This document shows, in pieces, positions 1-12,664 of a stretch of DNA of 64,000 nucleotides. A program made the position numbers and the translations under genes. The stretch's first letter is position 1, and each line of letters begins with the position of its first letter. Origin of the DNA: Malacoraja senta. Taxonomy: Eukaryota. The stretch lies in assembly GCA_038087875.1 (NCBI GenBank), contig CM075977.1, forward strand, positions 4,278,001 through 4,342,000. Direction: 5' to 3'. Below the pieces are notes generated by a model. It did no database searches. It saw only the letters and a list, made by a program, of their open reading frames with translations, and had not been told where the DNA came from.

Positions 1-426
1 TACACCCTGGAGTTTAGAAGGATGAGAGGGTATCTCATTGAAACACATAAGATTGTTAAGGGCTTGGACATGCTGGAGGCAGGAAACATGTTCCCGATGT
101 TGGGGGAGTCCAGAACCAGGGGCCACAGTTTAAGAATAAGGAGTAAGCCATTTAGAACGGAGACGAGGAAACACTTTTTCTCACAGAGAGTGGTGAGTCT
201 GTGGAATTCTCTGCCTCAGAGGGCGGTGGAGGCAGGTTCCCTGGATGCTTTCAAGAGAGAGCTAGATAGGGCTCTTAAAGATAGCGGAGTCATGGGATAT
301 GGGGAGAAGGCAGGAACCGGGTACTGATTGGGGATGATCAGCCATGATCACATTGAATGGTGGTGCTGGCTCGAAGGGCCAAATGGCCTACTCCTGCACC
401 TATTGTCTATTGTCTATTGTCTATTG
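1..426 (+). mobile_element. CR1 LINE 3' end (ORF2 C-terminus, 3' UTR, (TATTGTC)n tail)
   Basis: ORF 22-327 is the CR1 ORF2 C-terminus (SRTRGHSL..FFSQRVVSLWNSLP); microsatellite tail at ~400-426. Confidence 0.92.
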
Positions 427-749
427 ACTTGATTGTATTTATGTATAGTATTATCTGATCTGATTGCAATACAATTGCAAAGCATTCAAACTAAAGCTTT
501 TCACTATACCTTGTCACTGTATCATGCTTTCAATAAGGTAGGGTATTCCCATTTCTCCAACCCATCTCATTGCAGACATTGGCCTTTTTCTCTAGAACAG
601 TTACCCTACAATGTTAAAAATTAAGAACTCTGGTATATTTCTCTTCGCTCTACCTCTTATACATGTGTATGGTTTAATTGTATTCATGTATAGTATTATC
701 TGATCTGATTGGACAGCATGCAAAACAAAGCTTTTCACTGCACCTTTTT

Positions 750-1026
750 AGATTATAGACTACAGACCTTTCGGCCTACCGAGTCCGTGCTGGCCAGCGA
801 TCGCCACATATTCTACACACTGGGGACAATTTACAATTTACAGAAGCCAATTAACCTACTAACCTGCTCTTTGGAGTGTGGGAGTAAACCGGAGCACCCG
901 GTGGAAACCAACGCCGTCACAGGGAGAACATGCAAACTCTGTACAGACAGCACTCATTGTCAGGATCGAATATGGGTCGCTGGCGCTGTAAGACAGCAAC
1001 TCTACTGCTGCACCACTGTGCCACCC
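750..1026 (-). mobile_element. tRNA-derived SINE (HE1/V-SINE type)
   Basis: Reverse complement begins GGGTGGCACAGTGGTGCAGCAGTAGAG (tRNA-like head); matches the copies at 12021 and 22045. Confidence 0.8.
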
Positions 1027-1156
1027 AAACGGTCTTTCCATAAGCTAGGGTACTCGCAATTCTCCAACCAACCTGATTGCAGACACTGCACGCAGATAAA
1101 CGTTTTTCCCTGTACCCCAGTGCATGTGACAATATTAAACCAAAACCTAATTTCCA

Positions 1157-1735
1157 AGTTGTATAGGGCTCTGGTGAGACCACATCTGGAGTATTGTGTA
1201 CAGTTTTGGTCTCCTAATTTGAGGAAGGACATCCTTGTGATTGAGGCAGTGCAACGTAGGTTCACGAGATTGATCCCTGGGATGGCAGGACTGCCATATG
1301 AGGAAAGATTGAAAATACCAGGCTTGTATTCACTGGAGTTTAGAAGGATGAGGGGTTATCTTATAGAAACATATAAAATTATAAAAGGACTGGACAAGCT
1401 AGATGCAGGAAAAATGTTCCCAATGTTGGCCGAGTCCAGAACCAGGGGCCACAGTCTTAAAATAAAGGGGAGGTCATTTAAGACTGAGGTGAGTAAAAAC
1501 TTTTTCACCCAGAGAGTTGTGAATTTATGGAATTCCCTGCCACAGAGGGCAGTGGAGGCCAAGTCACTGGATGGATTTAAGGGAGAGTTAGATAGAGCTC
1601 TAGGGGCTAGTGGAGTCAAGGGATATGGGGAGAAGGCAGGCACGGGTTATTGATAGGGGACGATCAGCCATGATCACAATGAATGGCGGTGCTGGCTCGA
1701 AGGGCCTCCTCCTGCACCTATTTTCTATGTTTCTA
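1157..1735 (+). mobile_element. CR1 LINE 3' fragment
   Basis: [29 protein letters not shown] followed by CR1 3' UTR. Confidence 0.92.
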
Positions 1736-2309
1736 AAAGAGCCTTGGTCCTAAAAGGTTGTTTTTACTGCTCCAACGTGTTAAATCTTAAATGCTAAATA
1801 CATTGTATTATTGTCAATTAGCATCCCAGTGGATGAATGAGAAGTATTCAACCTTCATCTTCTTCACTGCAGAACCAAGACCACAAAATCTTGATCAATC
1901 AATTATAGTATTATGGACAATGACCGGGGACATGCATTTCCTAAATTTTGTCTCCTGGCTATCATGGATTCTTAAACTGAAGTGTTAAACAAATGGGCCT
2001 TTCATTAAATGTATTTTATTACTGAAAAAAATTATTTGGTGAGATATCAAACATGCAGAGAGTTAGAAATAATGTACGATTAAACCTGTGGAATATTAAT
2101 GCATGCGAAAGAATAGCAGTGAAGTATATATAGGAGCCAGAAAATGTAATTCACCTGCATAGTTATCATGAAGGAAAACACAGCAACCAATGGTGATTAA
2201 TTACCGTGACTTTTGAGCAAAATTAACCATTGAAAACAAATATTTGGTGGTCAAGCACTGACTTGTGCATTGTAATTTAAGGCTTTTAGGCCTGCTTGTT
2301 CATAAATTC

Positions 2310-2520
2310 ATGTGATAGGAGCGGAATTAGGCCATTCAGCCTATCAAGTCTACTCTGCCATTCAATCACGGCTGATCCCTCTCAACCCCATTCTCCTCAT
2401 AACCCCTGACACCTTTGCTAATCAAGAATCTATCTCTGCCTTAAAAATATCCATTGACTTTGCCTCCACAGCCTTCCATGGCAATGAATTCCACAGATTC
2501 ACCATCCCGTGACTTAAGAA
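2310..2520 (-). mobile_element. CR1 3' UTR fragment
   Basis: Reverse complement of the CR1 3' end seen in other copies (gaattccacagattcacc). Confidence 0.75.
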
Positions 2521-2545
2521 GGTGAGAAACAATAGCAACTTGGTT

Positions 2546-2790
2546 TGTGTAGGAAGGAACTACAGATGCTGGTTTACACCGAAGATAGGCATGAAATGGC
2601 AGAGCAATTCAGCGGAACAGGCAGCATCTCTGGATAGAGGGAATGGGCGACATTTTGGGTCGAGACCCTTCTTCAGACTGAGAGTCAGGGGAGAGGGAGA
2701 CACAGAGATAAGGAAGTGTAAGTTGTGAAAACGAGACAACAAAGGGGATGAGGGCAACGAAAGGAAAATGTAAAATAGATCAATGTTAGC
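2546..2790 (-). mobile_element. Penelope-like terminal repeat with decayed hammerhead motif (core 2649-2676)
   Basis: Reverse complement reads CTGAAGAAGGGTCTCGACCCAAAATGTC..AGATGCTGCCTG. Confidence 0.8.
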
Positions 2791-2939
2791 TAGGAGAATT
2801 CATGTTTTGATAATTCTTCACCCATCACCTCCATGAGGTTAATGGCTTTATTTTTTACAATGTTTTTCGGTTTGTGTGTGTGGGGGGGGGTGGTTAATTG
2901 AGGCAGGGAGTTCCTGGGCCCAACCCCAAAAGAACTCCT

Positions 2940-3180
2940 TCACCACTGGGCCAGCTCCCATGTTGGCCACTGATCGTAAACGTGAGGGGGGAAGAACTAC
3001 AATTCCCAGCATGGCCCGCGAGATTTCCGCCGTCCGACGGTCATTGCGTCGGGGAGAGCGCTTGACCGACGTCAGGCTTGTCCAATCGGACCTCGGGAGG
3101 GTGAAGGTAACGAGAGCGAGCACCAACAGGAAGCGAGGATGAAGGTGAGAGGAGGCGGGACTTCCGGGATGTGGAGGGCT
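2940..3180 (+). promoter_or_regulatory. CpG-rich housekeeping-type promoter: ACTACA/ZNF143 motif (2996-3013), CCAAT (3082-3086), GC box (~3152-3160), ETS/GABP site (3160-3167)
   Basis: ACTACAATTCCCAGCATG, CCAATCGG, GAGGCGGGA and ACTTCCGG cluster in a CpG-dense non-repeat island. Confidence 0.8.
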
Positions 3181-3335
3181 GCAGCAGAGAGCAGTTTTGC
3201 ACAGTAGTGTGCAATTATTTAAGGAGAATAATAACTATAAAGATTAATTAGCAGCTGCATATAACAACGACAATCCAGATAGTGACCTGGTGGCTTCATG
3301 AATATAGCTTGTATTAATATTTTTGTTATTCACAG

Positions 3336-3370
3336 GAGTAAGAGCCAACTAGAACAAAATGCTGCCAATG
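3336..3370 (+). ncRNA. Putative 35-nt non-coding or 5' UTR exon
   Basis: tttttgttattcacAG acceptor and ATG|GTGAGT donor; upstream donor AAG|GTGAGA at 3144/3145. Confidence 0.5.
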
Positions 3371-4109
3371 GTGAGTGCATCTTGTGTGTATCTTATTTTT
3401 CAAAATAATATGCTATGAATAACTATTTTAACGAAAGCTCGTACGCGCACAGTAAGATCTAAAGATGTTTTTCTCGATGGGATTATTTCTCCCTTTTATT
3501 GATCTGAAATCTGATGTTTTTGTGTTGTTTTTTGTGTTTAAATACTTTGCATCCAACTGTGACAGTTGCCTCGCCTCCAGCCGAATTTCTGCACCGACTT
3601 TGGCTTGTTGTTTAATACTGCTGGTGTATTGTCGCTGGTCATTATTTCGATGGGAAACCTTTTTATTTTATTTTTTAAATACTTGATTCATTTGAAACGA
3701 TAGAATGAAGTGTTGGAATTTTATCCAGAGTTCAGCTTCACTGAAATGTGTTGGAAGAGGTAGGGGCACACAGTCTTCTAAAAGTCAAGTGATTCAGTGC
3801 ATGACTTATTTGGAAGCAGATTATTTTTAATTTTTTGAAAAAAGCACCTTGCTTGAGATTTGATAGGGAACAGTTTTTAAATACAAAAAAAAACAAAGAT
3901 CAGGGGGTCCAAGGAGAAAATGGAAATGTGTTACTGAATGGAGGATCAACTTTAATTATAATGATTGGTGGAGTTGGCTTGACTTTTCCTGCAAGGTCTA
4001 CTCCACTTCTTTTGGTATATGTTTCCATAATATGTTTCACTGATGTTGGAAGTTCAAGATTCAAATCCCTTATCAGGGTTTCACATAAATCTTCTGGAGA
4101 AGTTTTCTG

Positions 4110-4415
4110 GAGAGGTCATAGCCTCATAATTAAAGGACGTTCCTTTAGGAAGGAAATGAGGAGGAATTTATTTAGTCAGAGGGTGGTGAATATGTGGAAT
4201 TCTTTGTCACAGAAGGCTGTGGAGGCCAAGTCAATGTATATTGTTAAAGCAGAGATAGATAGATTCTTGATTAGTACAGGTGTCAGGGGCTTAAAGGGAG
4301 AAGGCAGCAGAATGGGGTTAGGTGGGAGTGATAGATCAACCATGATTGAATGGCGGAGTAGACTTGATGGGCCAAATGGCCAAATTCTGCTCTTATCACT
4401 CATGACATTATGACC
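4110..4415 (+). mobile_element. CR1 3' fragment
   Basis: RGHSLIIKGRSF..FSQRVVNMWNSL plus 3' UTR. Confidence 0.85.
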
Positions 4416-4442
4416 TAAGTTTTCCAATCCAGCACAGAGGGA

Positions 4443-5402
4443 ATGATACTTTCTGTTGCATATGCAAAAGTTCAATCAATGCTTTACTTGCTTGGATGTC
4501 AGATGTGGGAAGTCATGGAGTCTGATAGCCCTCCAGACGTCCACATCTGCGCCAGGTGTATCGAGGTGGGGCTCCTAAGGGACCGTATTAGGAACCTGGA
4601 GCAGCAGCTCGATGACCTCCGTCTGGTCAGGGAGAGCGAGGAAGTCATTGAGAGGAGTTACAGGGAGGTGGTCACTCCAAGACCACAGGAGGCAGGCAAG
4701 TGGATCACGGTTGGGAGAGGCAAGGGGCACAGGCAGGGACTAGAGAGTACCCTGGTGGCTGTACACCGTGACAATAAGTACTCCTGTTTGAGCACTGTTG
4801 GGGGGGACAGCCTACCTGGGGGTAGCGACAGCGGCCGGGCCTCGGGTACAGAGACCGGTCCTGTTGCTCAGAAGGGTAAGGAAAAGAAGAGGAGGGCAAT
4901 ACTAATAGGGGACTCTATAGTTAGGGGGTCAGACAGGCGATTCTGTGGACGCAGTCGGGAGACCCGGGTGGTAGTTTGCCTCCCTGGTGCCAGGGTCTGT
5001 GATGTGTCTCAACGTGTCCAAGATATCCTGAAAGGGGAGGGAGAGGAGCCCGAGGTCGTGGTACATATAGGTACCAATGACATAGGTAAAAAAAGAGAAG
5101 AGGTCCTGAAAGGAGAATTTAGGGAGTTAGGAGGGGAGTTAAAGAGAAGGACAGCAAAGGTAACAATCTAGGGATTACTGCCTGTGCCACGCGACAGTGA
5201 GAGTAGGAATGGAGCGAGGTGGAGGATAAATGCTTGGCTGAAGGACTGGTGCAGAGGGCAGGGATTCAAATATCTGTATCATTGGGACCTCTTTTGTGGA
5301 AGGTGCGACCTGTACAAAAAGGATGGGTTGCACTTGAACCTGAGGGGGACCGATATCCTGGCGGGGAGATCTGCAAAGGCTACTGGGGATACTTTAAACT
5401 AG
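4443..5402 (+). pseudogene. CR1 ORF1 (zinc finger/leucine zipper + SGNH esterase) with one in-frame stop at 5169-5171
   Basis: CQMWE..HICARC, LEQQLDDL, IGDSIVR, CLPGARV, HIGTND, DGLHLN; ORFs 4443-5171 and 5184-5402 share a frame. Confidence 0.88.
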
Positions 5403-8400
5403 AATGGTTGGGGGGAGGGACTCAAATAGTGAAAGCTATTAGACAGTGTGTGAGGCAGGAGGCAGAGAAGGAAAGCACTCCGACCCAACATGTAGGGGGG
5501 AAAGAAGAAAACAATAATAAACAGAGAATAAGAGGTGGTGGGGTTCTTAAATGGGTGAGCAGAGAAACAGAGGGGTGTAAAATGCGGGCGGAAGCAATAG
5601 GTAGCAAGGTGAAAAGTAAAAGTGGCAGGCAGACAAATCCAGGGCAAAAATCAAAAAGGGCCACTTTTCAACATAATTGTATAAGGGGTAAGAGCGTTAT
5701 AAAAACAAGCCTGAAGGCTTTGTGTCTCAATGCAAGGAGCATTCGTAATAAGGTGGATGAGTTGAACGTGCAGATAGCTATTAATGATTATGATATAGTT
5801 GGGATCACGGAGACATGGCTCCAGGGTGACCAAGGCTGGGAGCTGAACATCCAGGGATATTCAATATTCAGGAGGGATAGAGAGAAAGGAAAAGGAGGTG
5901 GGGTAGCGTTGCTGGTTAGAGAGGAGATTAACGCAGTGGAAAGGAAGGACATTAGCTTGGAGGATGTGGAATCGGTATGGGTAGAGCTGCGAAACACTAA
6001 GGGGCAGAAAACGCTGGTGGGTGTTGTGTACAGGCATCCTAGCAGTAGTAGTGAAGTTGGGGATGGCATCAAACAGGAAATTAGAAATGCGTGCAACAAA
6101 GGCAAAACAGTTATAATGGGTGACTTCAATCTACATATAGATTGGGTGAATCAAATTGGCAGGGGTGCTGAGGAAGAGGATTTCTTGGAATGTATGCGGG
6201 ATAGTTATCTAAACCAACATGTAGAGGAACCAACGAGAGAGCAGGCTATTCTAGACTGGGTATTGAGTAATGAGGAAGGGTTAGTTAGCAGTCTTGTTGT
6301 GAGTGCCCCCTTGGGCAAGAGTGACCATAATATGGTTGAGTTCTTCATTAGGATGGAGAGTGACATTGTTAATTCAGAAACAACGGTTCTGAACTTAAAG
6401 AAAGGTAACTTTGAGGGTATGAGACGTGAATTGGCCAAGATTGACTGGCAATTAGTTCTAAAAGGGTTGACGGTGGATATGCAATGGAAGGCATTTAAAG
6501 ACTGCATGGATGAACTACAAAAATTGTTCATCCCAGTTTGGCAAAAGAATAAATCAGGGAAGGTAGTGCATCCGTGGATAACAAGGGAAATCAGGGATAG
6601 TATCAAAGCAAAAGATGATGCGTACAAATTAGCCAGAAAAAGCAGCATACCAGAGGACTGGGAGAAATTCAGAGACCAGCAGAGGAGGACAAAGGGCTTA
6701 ATTAGGAAAGGGAAAATAGATTATGAAAGAAAACTGGCAGGGAACATAAAAACTGACTGCAAATGTTTTTATAGTTATGTGAAGAAAAAGAGATTAGTTA
6801 AAACAAATGTAGGTCCCTTGCAGTCAGAAACAGGTGAATTGATCATGGGGAACAAGGATATGGCGGACCAATTGAATAACTACTTTGGTTCCGTCTTCAC
6901 TAAGGAAGACATAAATAATCTGCCGGAAATAGCAGGGGACCGCGGGTCAAAGGAGATGGAGGAACTGAGTGAAATCCAGGTTAGTCGGGAAGTGGTGTGG
7001 GTAAATTGAATGGATTAAAGGCCGATAAATCACCAGGGCCAGATAGGCTTCATCCCAGAGTACTTAAGGAAGTAGCTCCAGAAATAGTGGATGCATTAGT
7101 GATAATTTTTCAAAACTCTTTAGATTCTGGAGTAGTTCCTGAGGATTGGAGGGTAGCAAACGTAACCCCACTTTTTAAGAAGGGAGGGAGAGAGAAAATG
7201 GGGAATTACAGACCAGTTAGTCTAACATTGGTAGTGGGGAAAATGCTAGAGTCAGTTATTAAAGATGGGATAGCAGCACATTTGGAAAGTGGTGAAATCA
7301 TTGGACAAAGTCAGCATGGATTTACGAAAGGTAAATCGTGTCTGACGAATCTTATAGAATTTTTCGAGGATGTAACTAGTAGAGTGGATAGGGGAGAACC
7401 AGTGGATGTGTTGTATCTGGACTTTCAGAAGGCTTTCGACAAGGTACCACATAAGAGATTAGTATACAAACTTAAAGCACACGGTATTGGGGGTTCAGTA
7501 TTGATGTGGATAGAGAACTGGCTGGCAAACAGGAAGCAAAGAGTAGGAGTAAACGGGTCCTTTTCACAATGGCAGGCAGTGACTAGTGGGGTACCGCAAG
7601 GCTCAGTGCTGGGACCCCAGCTATTTACAATTTATATTAATGAACTGGATGAGGGAATTGAAGGCAACATCTCGAAGTTTGCGGATGACACTAAGCTGGG
7701 GGGCAGTGTTAGCTGTGAGGAGGATGCTAGGAGACTGCAAGGTGACTTGGATAGGCTGGGTGAGTGGGCAAATGTTTGGCAGATGCAGTATAATGTGGAT
7801 AAATGTGAGGTTATCCACTTTGGTGGCAAAAACAGGAAAGCAGACTATTATCTAAATGGTGGCCGATTAGGAAAAGGGGAGATGCAGCGAGACCTGGGTG
7901 TCATGGTACACCAGTCATTGAAAGTAGGCATGCAGGTGCAGCAGGCAGTGAAGAAAGCGAATGGTATGTTAGCTTTCATAGCAAAAGGATTTGAGTATAG
8001 GAGCAGGGAGGTTCTACTGCAGTTGTACAGGGTCTTGGTGAGACCACACCTGGAGTATTGCGTACAGTTTTGGTCTCCAAATCTGAGGAAGGACATTATA
8101 GCCATAGAGGGAGTGCAGAGAAGGTTCACCAGACTGATTCCTGGGATGTCAGGACTTTCATATGAAGAAAGACTGGATAGACTTGGCTTATACTCACTAG
8201 AATTTAGGAGATTGAGAGGGGATCTTATAGAAACGTACAAAATTCTTATGGGGTTGGACAGGCTAGATGCAGGAAGATTGTTCCCGATGTTGGGGAAGTC
8301 CAGGACAAGGGGTCACAGCTTAAGGATAAGGGGGAAATCCTTTAAGACCGAGATGAGAAAAAACTTTTTCACACAGAGAGTGGTGAATCTCTGGAACTCT

Positions 8401-8610
8401 CTGCCACAGAGGGTAGTTGAGGCCAGTTCATTGGCTATATTTAAGAGGGAGTTAGATGTGGCCCTTGTGGCTAAAGGGATCAGGGGGTATGGAGAGAAGG
8501 CAGGTACGGGATACTGAGTTGGATGATCAGCCATGATCATATTGAATGGCGGTGCAGGCTCGAAGGGCCGAATGGCCTACTCCTGCACCTATTTTCTATG
8601 TATCTATGTT
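4475..8610 (+). mobile_element. Near-full-length CR1 LINE (ORF1 + ORF2 + 3' tail)
   Basis: ORF1, APE endonuclease, RT and CR1 3' UTR/tail in the expected order. Confidence 0.95.
5582..8517 (+). pseudogene. CR1 ORF2 (APE endonuclease + reverse transcriptase) with a 1-nt frameshift near 6997
   Basis: LNARS, ITETW, MGDFN, SDH (APE); GVPQGSVLGP, FADD (RT); ORFs 5219-7009 and 6997-8517 join as EVV[L]GKL. Confidence 0.93.
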
Positions 8611-8818
8611 GTATAATCAGGGGGTTTGCACAAATGGGTGAGGATGATTGCCTTTAAACAATGGGACATTTGACCTTGCTGAGACAAGAGTCCCTGGATT
8701 TAGGTGTGGAAGTTTGAATAAAATGAGCATAGATTGTAAATGAAAATTGATTTTATTAAATTAAGTGATTGTAATGCTTTCTTTGTTCTGATAGCTGTTG
8801 TTCTTTTGCCCCTTGCAG

Positions 8819-8986
8819 AAAGAAATATGCGCAGTGTTTGGTGGGAACCACCTCCCAGAAAACATTGTCTCCCTGCACGTGACTTTCAAATATTATATGG
8901 CCATGGGATAGCAGAATGGAGATTGCAATCCGTTTAAACAAAGCATCTTCAGAAGAGTATATCTAATTGAATGGAACAAGGAGAAG
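8819..8986 (+). ncRNA. Putative 168-nt non-coding exon
   Basis: Strong acceptor ttcttttgccccttgcAG and donor AAG|GTAAGG; stops in all three frames. Confidence 0.45.
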
Positions 8987-9364
8987 GTAAGGGACTTGTG
9001 TGAGGAATGGTATTTTCATCAAGAGTTTTGAGGCTATTTGGAAGAGTTGGAAATATTACATGGAGAAGGAGAAACATTTGTGTCTTGTCTACCCTGTTGC
9101 TGGTGATGGTATAAGGTCCTCATCTGTAAATTGAAGCTGCTTGTGGGTGTACTCATTGACTAGAAGGTTGAGTGCAGAATGCATTGGCATTAGAATTTTG
9201 TGATAAGCTGGAGATGTAAAATCTTTATTTGCTTTTGCACAATGTTAGTTATCTCGCAAGGGCTGGGCAATTGGAACAGTTTGAGAAGGAATGTACAAGT
9301 CGATCGTTATCATGTATTGTCTTTCTGCTGACTGGTTAGCACACAACAAAAAGCTTTTCACTGT

Positions 9365-9570
9365 ATGTCATAGAGTGATACAGTTCAGCCCAACTTGCCC
9401 ACACTGGACATGTCCTAGCTGCACTAGTCTCACTTGCCTGCGCTTGGTTCATATCCCTCCAAACCTGTCCTATCCATGTACCTGTCCAACTGTTTCTTAA
9501 ACGATGGGATAGTCCCAGCCTCAACTACCTCCTCTGGCAGCTTGTTCCATACACCCACCACCCTTTGTTG
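9365..9570 (-). mobile_element. CR1 3' end nested inside a Rex1-type tail (~9300-9612)
   Basis: Reverse complement resembles the 3' ends at ~20800-21020 and ~56000-56200; flanks continue cttttcactgt..acctcggtacgcatgacaataaac. Confidence 0.75.
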
Positions 9571-10836
9571 TGACATGTACCTCGGTACGCATGACAATAA
9601 ACTAAACTGAACTGTAGTTGGATGAGAAGTTTATCACATTGTCAAAGCACATTGTTCTGTTTGGGAATGAGATGGGTTTATATTTAATTGAAATGGACTT
9701 TGTTTTTACATGTTGGTAAAGTTGACATTTATTCATCTCCTAATTCCTGAAGTGTCAGTAATCCGAAGGAGCATTTTGAGGTTTGTCCCACTTTGCTGTA
9801 CAACTGTTCTCAGATGCATGGAAAATTTACCCTTGGAGGAATTGTCTGTGTCTAATTCCAGAATAGGTTCACTTCACTGCTCTTGAAGTATTCCTATCTC
9901 TGACTTGTATACGATGACGGTTTCTGCCCCAACCATTCCTTCAGAAAATGAGTCCTGGACCTCTGCTGCTTCTGGGTGGAAAATATGTAGAATAATTGTT
10001 TGACTCTTATACTAAAAGAAATGGGTCCTTCCTGTTTACTCTAGCCCCTCAAAAGTCGATAGATCTTTTTTAAATCCAAAAAAAAGACACCATGCTGGAG
10101 TAACTCAGCTAGTCAGGCAGCATCTCTGGAGAATGTGGATAGGAAATGTTACAGGTTGGGACACTTTGGACTAATTGAACATCTCTTCAACCCCTTTGGT
10201 TCATAACAATAATCTTTTCTCATAGTGACAATTTACCAGTTGTAGAATCATACAGTGCGGAAACGGGTTTCTTGGCCCAACGTGCATGATCACCAAATGC
10301 CCCATCCAAGCGAGTTCCATTTGCACACGTTTGGCCTGTATTCCTCTTGCAGCATCTTGGTAAATTTACCCTGTGACTTTCCTCGTGCCATTATGTGGTG
10401 ACTAGACGTATTGGCGTAATTAGATGTACACGGTTCCTGCATATAATCCCTATTTACGTGTTTCTGACCTGCCTTGCTGCACAGTTTGAAGCTTTTCTCT
10501 CTCTTTCTTAAGGTTGTTAAGGGCAATCGTTCCAGAATTTCATTCTGGCAATAATGTAACGATATCCATGTCCAAGTTCAGTTTAGTTTATTGTCACGTG
10601 TACCGAGGGACAGTGAAAAGCTTTTATGTTGAGATGGTGTGCCATTTTAAAGTATGTCAAGTGCTGATACTCTAATGCACAAGCTGGTTTCATTAACTTA
10701 GTGGTGCAAATTGTGTTTCATTAGTTGTTGTTGGAAAAAGCATTGGCAATTGGCTTCATTGCGTTCTGTAGTTGTAGTTGGTACCAACTATCTGCTGGTG
10801 TCGGAGGAAATTAATGTTGATTCTTGATGTTTATAG

Positions 10837-10873
10837 GGCTCTGGCTGAGCACTTTATCCGACAGAAAGCAATG
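10837..10873 (+). ncRNA. Putative 37-nt non-coding exon
   Basis: ttcttgatgtttatAG acceptor and ATG|GTAACG donor. Confidence 0.3.
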
Positions 10874-12020
10874 GTAACGTCTTTTTGAATTTAACGTGTT
10901 ATTATGCAATTTTTTCATAAATTCTCTTAAAATAGTCAAATGAAATAGCACGATTATATAAATTAGTTTAGTTTATTGTCACGCGTATAGTAAAAAAACT
11001 TTTGTGCGCTATCAAGTCAGCGGAAAGATTATACATGATTACAATCGAGCTGTCACAGCGTACAGATGTATGATAAATGGAATAACGCTTAGTGCAACAT
11101 CAAGTCCGATTAAAGATAGTCCAAAGGTCTTCAATGAGATAGATAGTAGCTCAAGACCGCTCTAGTTGTTGTGATGGTTCAGTTGCCTGATAACAGCTGG
11201 GGAAGAAACGGTCTCTGAAATTATTTGGTTTGATAGAATGCTTCAGAAAATAGCTGGGACTCAGCCAAATTGATGCAGGATTGGAATTAGCTTTTGTGAG
11301 GGCATTTGCAAAACCAGCAAATAAAGTTTATCTTTGCCGATAGTCAAGTAATTCAACCATTATGAATGAATGAATACTTTATTGTCACATGTGACAAGTC
11401 ACAGTGAAATTCTTTGCTTGCATACCCAAGGTATGCATTGTAAGACTCCCTGGTATCACAACCGATTATCAGATGGTTCGTCCATGTGTTTGACTGTGGG
11501 AAGAATCATGGGGTTATTCATCACCAAATCTTTACTGCAGAATACAACAGGATACGCTGCACATGACGGATTTGCTTCTCCTTTATTAAAGGCTTTGAAT
11601 TAAGTATTTGTGGGCTTTTTCCTCAGACAGGGTGCTTATGCATCTAATTTCTGCCTTCTGAAACTGGGGCAGCGGGTTTGCTTCATGATAGGGCCAACCT
11701 AAATTTGGTTCTGAATAAGAATGAAGAATATCAACTTCAGATCATGAGTATTTAGGTCAAGTTGCAGCCTTTGCGTTATTATGCCTTTGAAAGCATTACA
11801 AGAGGAAAATTAAATTAAATTTTAAATATTTTTGCTGAATTCATTATTTTTAACACACAAAAAATTATTTGGAGGATATTTTGTATACATTTTCCAGAAG
11901 CATCTTGAGAGAAATTGGAGAGATGGAATCAAGTCTGATCCAAATTGCAGATCAGTGTGTACTCCTTGTCATGATGTGCAATGTTGATGATTTATCAGAT
12001 TGTAATGAGATTTAAATGAG

Positions 12021-12330
12021 GGGCGGTACAGTGGCGTAGTTACTGCCTTACAGCGCCAGAGACCCGGGTTTGATCCTGACTACGGGTGCTGTCTGTATGG
12101 ACTTTGTACGTTCTCCCTGTGACCTGCATGGGCTTTCTCCGAGATCTTTGGTTTCAAAATACACTTGAAAGATGTACAGGTTTGTAGGTTAGTTGGCATG
12201 GTATAAATGTTTTTTAAAAGTCCCTAGTGTGTGTCGGACAGTGTTAGTGTGCGGGGATTACTGGTCTGTGCGGACTCAATGAACTGAAGGACTCGTTTCC
12301 ACACTGAATCTCTAAACTAAACTGAACTAA
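12021..12330 (+). mobile_element. tRNA-derived SINE (HE1/V-SINE type)
   Basis: tRNA-like head with B-box-like GGTTTGATCC, central TTTGTACGTTCTCC block, CR1-like tail ending (TAAAC)n. Confidence 0.85.
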
Positions 12331-12621
12331 AAAATCAGTTGTATGTTTTGGCAGAAGTGAGTTTTATGAACAAAAATAATGAAATATTTCCCCTTCATTG
12401 GTCCTGATTCTGGGTAGGATCAATAAACATGTGAATTTTAGCTTCCCTCAATTGCAGATTGCTGCTGATAATTTATGTTCAAGTTTATTGATAGGTTTTC
12501 CTTGGAAAGCCAGTTTCAGTTCAGATTATCTATACGATTGCAGACGTCCTTAATCTAAGCCCCCCTGGATAAATGGTCCACTGGCAAGACTTAGTCAGTA
12601 AAAGATAAATACTGCCTCCCT

Positions 12622-12635
12622 CCACTAGGTGGTGA
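12622..12635 (+). promoter_or_regulatory. Candidate CTCF site
   Basis: CCACTAGGTGGTGA versus consensus CCASYAGRKGGCRS. Confidence 0.35.
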
Positions 12636-12664
12636 AATAGACAATGTATTGCTTCAATGCCACA

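Noticed and set aside
709-1653. 314-aa ORF
   Set aside because: Chance read-through of a Rex1-type tail, an antisense SINE and a CR1 ORF2 C-terminus, with a TTG start; not a host gene.
3546-3770. TCCAAC..GTTGGAAGAG resemblance to SNORA73/SNORA74 ends
   Set aside because: Spacing is wrong and the conserved internal motifs of those snoRNAs are not visible.
10775-10790. Perfect 16-bp palindrome TAGTTGGTACCAACTA
   Set aside because: About one such palindrome is expected by chance in 64 kb.
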